Shown here piece by piece: positions 27,327 to 35,176 of a stretch of 64,000 nucleotides of DNA. The notes under the pieces were generated by a model. It searched no databases. It saw only the letters and a program-made list of their open reading frames with translations, and had not been told where the DNA came from. How positions within the stretch are numbered: the first letter of the stretch is position 1; each line of letters begins with the position of its first letter. Source of the DNA: Candidatus Woesearchaeota archaeon (GTDB lineage: Archaea > Nanobdellota > Nanobdellia > Woesearchaeales > SM23-78); contig JAFGRK010000032.1 of the NCBI GenBank assembly GCA_016935175.1, positions 1,719-65,718 of the forward strand, read 5' to 3'. The translations under genes were made by a program, and so were the position numbers.

Positions 27327-28685
27327 CTATTTGGCTGTAGGGTCCATTACTCTCCCTATGAACAGGATGTTGCCTGTCTCCCTTTGCTGTATGATGAAGA
27401 TGAACGGGTGGTCTGCTCGGAATTGGTTAAATGGACCGGCTGATGTTTCTCCCATAATAATTACTGTTGCCGCAGCAGCTTCTGTGCCTTCTTCGTTCAC
27501 ATCAACAAACGCCTGGTGGAATACATCAGTGATAACAAGTTTTCTTGAGCCATCCATACCAGAGAAATCTGCATTGGTAAAGGCCGAAGGCATTCCCATC
27601 TCCTTAAACGTATCTACCATGGAATACTTGGTCTCAAACGTGAATTTAGGCATATAGACGTCAATCTGCCTCTCGCTAAGCAAGCCTCTCCATTGGCTTA
27701 GCTTATCTGCTGTGAGAATAGACTCAATTGAGCTCAAGTCATAATCAGGCTCTTTTGGCAGCAAGACTAGCATTGACAATTCTTCTCCTTTGTAAAGCAT
27801 CTCCAATATCTGGAGCTCATCAGCCTCAGCATAGCTGAACTTTGCCTCCTTATCATCCCTGACCATCATCTTCACAGTGACTGTCTTGTCAGGGCTTACT
27901 CTGAATTGGGCATCGCGAGTGTCCTTTTTCTCAAACTCCTTCACCCATGTGCCTTTGAAATAAATAGCATTTGATAATACCAAGCGGGTCAAGTAAGTTA
28001 TCGCGCCTTCAGGTATGATATCCTTTATCTTGTCTTGCGTCTGCTCCTCAACCCAGTCATTTATTATTACTCTTGATTTCTCAGTCTCCAAAACAAAATC
28101 AAGGTTAGTGGCTTTTCCTCCATAATACTTTTCTACCGTGCCTAAGTATTCTGGTAAGAAAGAATAGTCTTTATGAGTCCACAAAGAATTGGCAGTGCTT
28201 AGCTGGTAATCCTTGCTGCCAGAGTTCAAATTATTGTAGATCCTGGCAAAAGCCGACCTCCTAGTTAGATCATCTGCTGGGAAGTGGAACACTTGCTGCA
28301 TCTCCTCTGCAGTCTGTCCTCTTGCGCCTTCATACGTCATGGCAAAGGCTGTTGAGATGCTATAGGGAGAGAAGAAGAGGTTCTTGCCAGCATTCTCAGT
28401 TTCTGAATTCAGTTTTGAGTAAAGCTCAAGAGCGAACTGGTTATTAGCATTGATAACACTCTTAACCCCTTCTATCGTTGCTTCGCTATCATCAAGCACA
28501 GACAGCGGTGCCCAAGGGGGGTTTGGCCCTGTTGTAGAATGAGGTCCAAATAAAAACCAAAATAATATTCTGCGAGTAGGGGAAAACAAGAAAAATATTA
28601 TTAACAACATGATTAAGACTATTAACGATATGATTATTGTCATTAATAATCTTTTTTTATCCATAAAGGTGAAATGATATAGCAC
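27327..28685 (-). CDS. Serpin (serine protease inhibitor) with an N-terminal membrane anchor or signal.
   Basis: Reactive-centre-loop hinge EEGTEAAAATVIIMGETS. Serpin signature FRADHPFIFIIQQRETGNILFIGRVMDP. N-terminal hydrophobic segment LMTIIISLIVLIMLLIIFFLF. Confidence 0.85.
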   Translation of the reverse strand: MLYHFTFMDKKRLLMTIIISLIVLIMLLIIFFLFSPTRRILFWFLFGPHSTTGPNPPWAPLSVLDDSEATIEGVKSVINANNQFALELYSKLNSETENAGKNLFFSPYSISTAFAMTYEGARGQTAEEMQQVFHFPADDLTRRSAFARIYNNLNSGSKDYQLSTANSLWTHKDYSFLPEYLGTVEKYYGGKATNLDFVLETEKSRVIINDWVEEQTQDKIKDIIPEGAITYLTRLVLSNAIYFKGTWVKEFEKKDTRDAQFRVSPDKTVTVKMMVRDDKEAKFSYAEADELQILEMLYKGEELSMLVLLPKEPDYDLSSIESILTADKLSQWRGLLSERQIDVYMPKFTFETKYSMVDTFKEMGMPSAFTNADFSGMDGSRKLVITDVFHQAFVDVNEEGTEAAAATVIIMGETSAGPFNQFRADHPFIFIIQQRETGNILFIGRVMDPTAK

Positions 28686-28727
28686 CTATAAAAATGTTCT
28701 CATAAATTCAAGCTTGTTAGAAGCTAA

Positions 28728-29843
28728 TCAGGCAAAAGCCATCAATCGTATTTGTTTTTCTCCGCTCACCTTGATAAACGGACTAGCCCTCTTCATCACC
28801 ACTCCGCACTGCCTCAAGGTTTCAGCCTTGACTGCCTTGCTCTCCCGCATCTGGATTATCTTCTCAGCAGTCTTGAGGCCTATTCCTGGAACTCTTATTA
28901 GCTCTTCAAAGCTTGCATCAGAAACATTCAATGGCTCTGTGAAAGTATTCTCAGCTATGGCAAGCTTAGGATCCTTGTTGGGCAGCATCTCCTCATTCAT
29001 CACTTCCCTTACAAGGTGAAAGTCATACTTGTAAACCCTTAGCAGCCAGTCAGTGTTGTAAAGCCTGTTAGCCCTTGACTGGGGCTGCTTCTCGTGGTTC
29101 TCAAGAGGAGTGCCTTTCACAGGAGAAAAAGCAGAATAATAGCATCTCCTGAGGTTCATGTTGTCGTATTCCCATTTGCTCATCCTAAGGATTTCAAGGT
29201 CACTCTCTCCATTGGCGCCGACAATTATCTGGGTTGTCTGGCCTGAAGGAGGGCTTAGCTTCTTAATCCAGCTCTGGCGTTTAAGGATATCGCTTTGCAG
29301 CTCTTTCACACTTGACAATTCACTTAATCTTGCCTTGCTGGGCGCTTCAACATTGATGCTCAATCGCGATGCCAGCGCCGAGGCTTCTTTTACCAACTCA
29401 TAGCTCATGCCTGGAAGCACCTTGAAGTGGATGTAGCCTTTGAACTTATACTTATGCCTGACAAGCCTGACAGTGCGTAACATCTTTTCTGCTGCAGCAT
29501 CTGGCTCTCCAGCAATCCCGCTGCTAAGAAAAAGCCCTGTGACAATTCTTTTCTTGACAAGCACATTGAATAATCCTGATAATTCTTCAGGCTCAAAGCT
29601 AGCGATTTTCTTCTGGCAGCTACCACCAGCCCTGTTAGCGCAGTACTTGCAATCATGCTTGCAAGCATTGGTCTGGAGAGTTTTGAGAAGCGAGCAGAAA
29701 TGCCCTGCCTCAGTCTTGGTCTTGATGATGCCAGGTAGGTTGTTGAGCCCTTCAGTTATCTCAGGAGGCTTGCAGATCTCACCGCCGCAGACATCATACT
29801 TGCCAGCATCACCTAAAACTCGAGCCTTGTCAAGGGTGTTCAT
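28728..29843 (-). CDS. Radical SAM protein with a C-terminal helix-hairpin-helix motif (putative DNA modification/repair radical SAM family).
   Basis: CxxxCxxC motif (CKHDCKYCANR) and a C-terminal HhH (LIRVPGIGLKTAEKI). The track ORF extends to 29939, but that extension lies inside repeat copy D, so the likely start is the Met at 29843 (MNTLDKARVLG...). Confidence 0.75.
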   Translation of the reverse strand: MNTLDKARVLGDAGKYDVCGGEICKPPEITEGLNNLPGIIKTKTEAGHFCSLLKTLQTNACKHDCKYCANRAGGSCQKKIASFEPEELSGLFNVLVKKRIVTGLFLSSGIAGEPDAAAEKMLRTVRLVRHKYKFKGYIHFKVLPGMSYELVKEASALASRLSINVEAPSKARLSELSSVKELQSDILKRQSWIKKLSPPSGQTTQIIVGANGESDLEILRMSKWEYDNMNLRRCYYSAFSPVKGTPLENHEKQPQSRANRLYNTDWLLRVYKYDFHLVREVMNEEMLPNKDPKLAIAENTFTEPLNVSDASFEELIRVPGIGLKTAEKIIQMRESKAVKAETLRQCGVVMKRASPFIKVSGEKQIRLMAFA

Positions 29844-29920
29844 GCAAGCCAAACGGGGTTCATGGTTTAAATAGGCTACGGGTGACTGTCCAGTGTGTCT
29901 AGTGCTTATTTTATTAAGTG

Positions 29921-30079
29921 AAAAAGTTGCCATCGGCACCCCGTAGGGGCCGTCCCCCGCCTCTGCAGCCAGCGAGCCGTCCTTCGCTAAAAGATCAGGC
30001 GCGGCTCGCGGTGCAGGTGCTCAGAAGTGCTCTTCTGGCACCGCAAGAGGTTACTCTTGCAGGCTGCGGCAACTTTTTC
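29921..30079 (-). repeat. Structured intergenic repeat, copy D (in the divergent promoter region between the radical SAM gene and the K+ channel gene).
   Basis: Plus strand gaaaaagttgccatcggcaccccgtaggggccgtcccccgcc ... ggctgcggcaactttttc. The reverse complement gives gaaaaagttgccgcagcc...ggcgggggacggcccctacggggtgccgatggcaacttttt. Confidence 0.65.
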
Positions 30080-30127
30080 AACATCACCCATTAACTTTTT
30101 AAACACCGGCTACTACAAGAGAGAAAT

Positions 30128-30536
30128 CATGGATTTAAATGCAAAAGAGGAGAAGAAGAAAATCATCCAGAAGATATTCTCATTGCTCTCAATAGTTGTA
30201 TCCCTGCTAATCATAGGGACAATAGTATATTCCAGGCTTGAAGGCTGGGGCTTTGTTGACTCGCTGTATTTCTCAACCACAACTCTCACGACCATTGGCT
30301 ATGGCGACATCACTCCTAGCACAGAAATTGGCAAGCTTTTCACAGTCTTGTTTGCGCTTACAGGAGTGGCCATAATGCTTTACTCCCTCACCATCCTAGG
30401 CACCCATTACATCCATTACCTTGACACGCACAAGCCTGCTTTTGAGCACAGGATGAAGAAAGCAATAAAGACCATTAATCCCCTTAGCAAGAAAGAGGAC
30501 GGATGGTTTGTTCTTAAGGATAAGAAGAAGGAATGA
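30128..30536 (+). CDS. Minimal two-TM potassium channel (KcsA/Kcv-like pore).
   Basis: Selectivity filter TLTTIGYGD between two TM helices. The track ORF starts at 30027 inside repeat copy D, and the likely start is MDLNAKEE at 30128. Confidence 0.8.
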
Positions 30537-30593
30537 TATTCTGCATTAACATATTCCCAAATCTTTAATAACAACTTCATAATTCTATCTGCC

Positions 30594-31406
30594 ATGGCAA
30601 TGAATTTTGTTTCAGTAAGCGGAGTCTCTGAACTGGAGCAACTGGAAGGCATAGGCAGGGTTTATCATGGGGAAAAGATTGGCTTTCCCTTGGTCATAGG
30701 CTACCAAGTTTCTAGCAAGAGCATCAACCAGGGCACAAGAAACCCTAGGCAACCTTATTTTTCTGAACTGGGAATGCTCAATACCTTGACCGAGGACTAT
30801 GGGCTTCACACAGCAGTGCATTACTACACCAAGGATAATGCTGTGATAATGGCAGACCTTGAAAAAATAATTGATGCAGGCATAGAGCCTTCAGCAACCT
30901 TGCTCCAGCTCAACACGCTTCCTTGCTCCTTGGAAGAGTTAGCAAAGATAAATGAAATGGGCTTTAATGTGATTTTCAAGGTTGCAGTGTCCAACAAGCA
31001 GGCTCCTCAAGGAGGGTACGCTGTCTGGAAAGGCGAAGGCGTGCAGGATGTCACAAGCGGAGAAGCAGCGCCTTTAGTCTCCCAGGTCGCAGAAAGGCTT
31101 GGGCTCATTGACTATGCGATGTTCGACCCTAGCCATGGCACCAATCTCAGCCTGGACTTTGACGAGAACAGCATGGCGATGAAGTTCGGAAAGGCAATAG
31201 TAAATAATCCGCAGCTCATGAAGATCGGATTAGTCTATGCTGGAGGCATCAAGCCAGGCAATGTCAGCAGAATAACACGATTATTGCATGCAAGCTTCCC
31301 AAACAGGTTTAGCATTGACACTGAGAGCGGAGTGAGAGCTAATGATGAGCTTGACCTAGGGCTTGTAAAGGAGTATCTTCTAGGGTATAAGAAGGCTTTG
31401 GAGTGA
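30594..31406 (+). CDS. TIM-barrel protein resembling phosphoribosylanthranilate isomerase (TrpF-like).
   Basis: C-terminal GLVYAGGIKPGNV...SIDTESGVR resembles the TrpF motifs LAGGLxPxNV...GVDVSSGVE. No other trp genes lie nearby. Confidence 0.45.
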   Translation: MAMNFVSVSGVSELEQLEGIGRVYHGEKIGFPLVIGYQVSSKSINQGTRNPRQPYFSELGMLNTLTEDYGLHTAVHYYTKDNAVIMADLEKIIDAGIEPSATLLQLNTLPCSLEELAKINEMGFNVIFKVAVSNKQAPQGGYAVWKGEGVQDVTSGEAAPLVSQVAERLGLIDYAMFDPSHGTNLSLDFDENSMAMKFGKAIVNNPQLMKIGLVYAGGIKPGNVSRITRLLHASFPNRFSIDTESGVRANDELDLGLVKEYLLGYKKALE

Positions 31407-31490
31407 AGCCGCACCTGTGTTGTTATCTGCCCTAAAACACAAGATTTATATAACAGTTATATTATATTATAACCACTATAATCATTATAG

Positions 31491-31691
31491 GTGGTAGCTA
31501 TGAATACAACAATCGCAATCTCTTCAAGCGTAAGGGACAGGATAAAGGAATTTGGGACGAAGGGAGAAACTTATGATGAGATAATCACCAGGCTCCTGAA
31601 TTCTGCTGAGGAAAGGCAGCTGCAGGACTTGCTGATGGACACAACTGGATGCATCACTATTGATGAGGCAAGGGCAAGGCTGAAAAAATAA
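31491..31691 (+). CDS. Small putative antitoxin-like protein (RHH/Phd-like).
   Basis: 66 aa. An N-terminal beta-strand-like stretch TIAISSSVRDRIKEF. Only a 1-nt gap to the downstream toxin-like ORF. Confidence 0.35.
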   Translation: MVAMNTTIAISSSVRDRIKEFGTKGETYDEIITRLLNSAEERQLQDLLMDTTGCITIDEARARLKK

Positions 31692-31692
31692 A

Positions 31693-32034
31693 ATGGCACA
31701 GGTAGTGATTACAGAAGAGCTATTCGCAGACATAAAAAAGCAGTTTAGCCTTGCTGAAGCAAACACAATAGTTGACCTTTTAGAAACACTTGAAGAAAAC
31801 CCTAAGAAAGGCAAAGAAGTCGGATGCATAGGTAAGGTTGTGATAAAGGAGATTAAGTACAAGAAATACAGGTTCTATTTCGTCACAGACGGTTTCAAGG
31901 TTAAATTCCTCAAGGTGGAAGAGCTACAGGACTTAATAATCAAGTTCGTCAGGATGTCGCAGAAAAAAGACCAGAAGCAAACCATCGAGGAGATAAAGCA
32001 CGTCCTAAGGATGCTTGGGGAAGAAGGGTTCTGA
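31693..32034 (+). CDS. Putative RelE/ParE-like toxin of a type II TA pair.
   Basis: 113 aa with a basic C-terminal half (KEIKYKKYRFYFVTDGFKVKFLKVEEL). Tight coupling to the 66-aa upstream ORF. Confidence 0.35.
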   Translation: MAQVVITEELFADIKKQFSLAEANTIVDLLETLEENPKKGKEVGCIGKVVIKEIKYKKYRFYFVTDGFKVKFLKVEELQDLIIKFVRMSQKKDQKQTIEEIKHVLRMLGEEGF

Positions 32035-32047
32035 AAAGAAAAAAGAA

Positions 32048-32163
32048 TAGCCCTGCCAGGAAATTCGCTGGCTTTTTCTTTCCAGGTTCGAACCTGGGCC
32101 AGAGGATGTCTCCAACTTGGTGTTGCCAGAGTCCCCTATCCTTGGCCGCTAGACTACAGGGCT
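32048..32163 (-). tRNA. tRNA-Gln (anticodon CUG) with two introns: a canonical 18-nt intron at 37/38 and a ~25-nt non-canonical intron in the T-loop.
   Basis: Minus strand, 116 nt. Acceptor AGCCCTG/CAGGGCT plus A. D-arm GTCT-AGCGGCCAA-GGAT. Anticodon stem GGGGA/TCCTC with loop CTCTGG|intron CAACACCAAGTTGGAGAC|A. Removing the second intron CCTGGAAAGAAAAAGCCAGCGAATT restores the T-arm CCAGG-TTCGAAT-CCTGG. Exon total is 73 nt. A TATA box lies ~25 nt upstream (shared with rpl10e). Confidence 0.7.
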
Positions 32164-32180
32164 ATCAGAGCATAAAAAAA

Positions 32181-32196
32181 CAGCAACCTTTTTAAA
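32181..32196. promoter_or_regulatory. Shared, near-palindromic TATA box serving divergent rpl10e (+) and tRNA-Gln (-).
   Basis: acctttttaaatagtt lies 25 nt upstream of the rpl10e ATG and ~22 nt upstream of the tRNA-Gln 5' end on the other strand. Confidence 0.45.
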
Positions 32197-32220
32197 TAGT
32201 TTGTTGTTTCAGCAGCTTCT

Positions 32221-32745
32221 ATGGCAAAACTAAGAAAAGGAGTCTCATATAGGAATCTGGAGAGGCCTTACACTAGAAGGTCCAAGTACCAGAAGAAGAA
32301 CTATGTAGGCGCAAGCCCCCATAACCTTATTGTCAGGTATGACATGGGCGAGCTCAAGAGGAAATTCGAGTACAAGTTAGAAGTCAAGTCCTTGGATGAC
32401 TTGCAGATCAGGCATAATGCGCTTGAAGCTGCCAGGAAGTCCAGCAACAGGGTTTTGGAGAAGAAGACTGGCAAGGTCGGCTTCAGGATGAAGCTTAGAT
32501 TGTTCCCTCATCATATTCTTCGTGAGAATCCTTTGGCTAGCGGCGCAGGGGCTGACCGTATGAGCACAGGAATGGCCCATTCCTTTGGCAAGCCTATTGG
32601 CATTGCTGCGCAAATAAGGAAAGGACAGGTTTTGTTTGAGATCCATGTTGACAAAGCCAACATACCTGTGGCCAAGGAGGCTGCCAGGAGGATTAAGAGC
32701 AAGATTCCTTGCAGGTGCCAGCTAGTCATTACCAAGAACGAGTAA
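32221..32745 (+). CDS. rpl10e: 50S ribosomal protein L10e (uL16).
   Basis: N-terminus MAKLRKGVSYRNLERPYTRRSKYQKKNYVGASPHNLIVRYDMGE matches the archaeal L10e pattern. 174 aa. Confidence 0.9.
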   Translation: MAKLRKGVSYRNLERPYTRRSKYQKKNYVGASPHNLIVRYDMGELKRKFEYKLEVKSLDDLQIRHNALEAARKSSNRVLEKKTGKVGFRMKLRLFPHHILRENPLASGAGADRMSTGMAHSFGKPIGIAAQIRKGQVLFEIHVDKANIPVAKEAARRIKSKIPCRCQLVITKNE

Positions 32746-32747
32746 GA

Positions 32748-33695
32748 TTACTTTATTCTCTTGCCTATCTCTCTTTTCAATTCTTCAATGCTGGTTATTG
32801 CCTTATACTCATTGGCAAAGGTTGTGAATTCATTTTGCCCTAGCAAATCTGTCTTTGAGATGTAGATTATGATTGGCTTGTCAAAGCTCTTGATTTTCCC
32901 CAATAGCTTTTTCTGGTCTTCCAATGGATAGGGCTCTGTGAGGTCAAAGATGTAGATTATCAGCTCTGCCTGGTACTTGATTGCAAGGTATGCTTGCTTT
33001 TCTATGTTGTTCATCTTCTCAGGCCTTGCAAGGGTTCCTGGTGTGTCTATGAACTGCACTTTATTCTCTTTTATGTCAGCATATCCTAGGTTGAGCTGCT
33101 TAGTTGTGAAAGCATACTCATTGATTTCCGGAGTGCTGGTTGTGAGCTTGCTTAATAGAGTGGTCTTGCCTACGTTTGGGAAGCCTGCTATGCACACTGT
33201 AAACACTCCTGTCTTTAGCACTGGGAAGTTTTTCATAGTCCTCCTTGCAAACTCCAAATATTCAAGGTTAAGTGATATCTGCGCAATAACAGAGCTGACC
33301 CTTCCAAGGTAAGCTTTCTTTACCGTGTCTAGCTGGGGAAACTCATTAGTCCTTGCCATCCTTTGCTTGTGCTCCCTTGTGAGCTCTTTTATCTTGTTAG
33401 CAGCCCACTTGACATTGGACAAGGATTTTTTTAGCTTGTCATAGTCCACAGTCACTTTTAACAGCTCATGGTAGAACTCTGGGAACTCCCCAAGGATAGG
33501 GTAATTTTTGACTATCTCTCCTAGCTTGCTTGCCAGGTTCTCGCCAATAATGCCTATCCTGTCATACTCCCTTGGCCTTGCCTTCTCAAAAGCTAGCCCT
33601 CTTTTCTTCGGGCTATTATGCTTGAGAGCCCTTTTCACAGCTATGTCCAGGTAGGTCTGGGCTTTCTCTACTCTTTTTATGTCTTGGAAGCTCAT
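32748..33695 (-). CDS. NOG1-family GTPase (archaeal nucleolar GTP-binding protein 1 homolog).
   Basis: G1 GFPNVGKTTL, G3 DTPG, G4 SKTD. The N-terminal helical region is typical of NOG1. Confidence 0.8.
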   Translation of the reverse strand: MSFQDIKRVEKAQTYLDIAVKRALKHNSPKKRGLAFEKARPREYDRIGIIGENLASKLGEIVKNYPILGEFPEFYHELLKVTVDYDKLKKSLSNVKWAANKIKELTREHKQRMARTNEFPQLDTVKKAYLGRVSSVIAQISLNLEYLEFARRTMKNFPVLKTGVFTVCIAGFPNVGKTTLLSKLTTSTPEINEYAFTTKQLNLGYADIKENKVQFIDTPGTLARPEKMNNIEKQAYLAIKYQAELIIYIFDLTEPYPLEDQKKLLGKIKSFDKPIIIYISKTDLLGQNEFTTFANEYKAITSIEELKREIGKRIK

Positions 33696-33733
33696 GGCTC
33701 ACAAGAATGAGCGGGGTTATATAAATGTTTACA

Positions 33734-33842
33734 GAAAAGTTGCCGCAGCCAGCAGCAGCAAGAACGAAAATGCTTGCATTGAGTTCTTGTGCGGCTGCTT
33801 GACCGGGGGTCGGCCCCCTTGGGGTGGTCAAGGCAACTTTTC
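33734..33842 (+). repeat. Structured intergenic repeat, copy C.
   Basis: gaaaagttgccgcagccagcagc...ccgggggtcggcccccttggggtggtcaaggcaacttttc. The 5' end is nearly identical to copy D. Confidence 0.65.
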
Positions 33843-33850
33843 AATAAGAA

Positions 33851-34369
33851 TCATTCTTTAAGCAGGCTCCTGTAATCTGGGAAGTAGAGAGCATTTTTCT
33901 TGTACCACTTAAGGCTCTTTTTCCTTTTCTTAAAGTAAGCTTCGTCATCTATGAGCTGGTAAGCTGTCACAACGCCGTATCCTCGCTCAAGTGCGCTTTG
34001 CGCTGCATCCAGGACGCATAAGGTGGCATTTAATCCCATGAATAAGAGCTTGTCAGGATTCCATGATGCCAGTATCTCATCCAGCTCTGGGTTTGAAAAG
34101 GCATCTGCCTGCCTTTTTGCAATAAAATTATGCCTTGGGACTTTTTTGATAAGCTCGCGCAAAGGGTTGATTGTCTTTCCGTGGTAAACGTATTCTACTG
34201 CTGCTACTGGAATATTGTTTTGGCGGCAGTAAGAGATAACTTTGCCTTGGCTGTGCACAAGCTTTTGGGCTTCAGGCACGCTTTTCAAGAAGTCTTTTTG
34301 CATGTCTATGATTATGGCTGCTGGGTTATGGGCAATATGCCTCAATCCTCTTTTCGTATCAATAGACAT
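33851..34369 (-). CDS. Isochorismatase-family cysteine hydrolase.
   Basis: AIIIDMQKDF and LLFMGLNATLCVLDAAQSALERGY (catalytic Cys). Confidence 0.8.
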   Translation of the reverse strand: MSIDTKRGLRHIAHNPAAIIIDMQKDFLKSVPEAQKLVHSQGKVISYCRQNNIPVAAVEYVYHGKTINPLRELIKKVPRHNFIAKRQADAFSNPELDEILASWNPDKLLFMGLNATLCVLDAAQSALERGYGVVTAYQLIDDEAYFKKRKKSLKWYKKNALYFPDYRSLLKE

Positions 34370-34528
34370 TTTAACTACTATTTAGTGATTAAACATTTAA
34401 ATACTTTTCGGTTCAGAATCCAGCAAGATGCTTTACGAAGGAAAAAACTGCAAACCTTTAAAAACACCTGCCCTTTCCAAAGCCTTGACTGAGCGCGCTC
34501 AGAGAAGCGTAGGCTCGGAGGGTATACC

Positions 34529-35095
34529 ATGGAATTTAAAGTGAATATAGGAGATCCCAAAAGCAAGAGAAGCGTACAGAAAGTTGTTAGCGGCAAAGAA
34601 GCTGAGTTCTTTCTTAAGAAGACCGTGGGCGAGAAGATTTCTGGAGACGCCATAGGCTTTGCAGGCTATGAGTTCGAGATAACAGGTGGAAGCGACTACT
34701 GCGGCTTTCCCATGAGAAAGGACGTTAGAGGCACTGCAAGAAAGAAAATCCTGATAGTAGGAGGAGTAGGCCTAAGAAAGAACGCTCCTGGAAGGAAAGT
34801 GAGAAAGACAGTAGCAGGAAGCACCATCTACTCAAGGACAGCGCAGATAAACCTGAAAGTGCTCAAGCAAGGAGCAGCCCCTCTGATAGAGGAGAAGAAA
34901 GAGGAAGGAAAGGCAGAGGAAAAGAAAGCTGAAGGGGAAGCCAAGGCAGCTGAGGCAAAGGAAGCCAAGGCAGAGGCAAAGGAAGAGAAGAAAGCAGAGG
35001 AGAAAGCTGAGGCCAAGAAGGAAACCAAGGAAGAGAAGCCCGAAGTAAAAGAGCATAAGGAAGCCAAGCCTAAGAAAGAGCCTAAGAAGGAGTGA
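34529..35095 (+). CDS. rps6e: 30S ribosomal protein S6e (eS6) with a K/E/A-rich C-terminal extension.
   Basis: GYEFEITGGSDYCGFPMRKDVRGTARKKILIVGGVG. Confidence 0.9.
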   Translation: MEFKVNIGDPKSKRSVQKVVSGKEAEFFLKKTVGEKISGDAIGFAGYEFEITGGSDYCGFPMRKDVRGTARKKILIVGGVGLRKNAPGRKVRKTVAGSTIYSRTAQINLKVLKQGAAPLIEEKKEEGKAEEKKAEGEAKAAEAKEAKAEAKEEKKAEEKAEAKKETKEEKPEVKEHKEAKPKKEPKKE

Positions 35096-35176
35096 ATTGC
35101 TACTTTCTAGTGGTTAATTAAGAAAGATTTATAAATCGGGAATGAGTCCTCTATCGAGAAGATAGAGGTAGGTTTC

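Noticed and set aside
27319-27657. Track ORF 27319..27657 (+), 112 aa
   Set aside because: It lies antisense within the serpin gene and has no features.
29844-30127. N-terminal extensions of the radical SAM ORF (to 29939) and the K+ channel ORF (from 30027)
   Set aside because: The extensions are translations of repeat copy D. Internal Met starts with better context exist.
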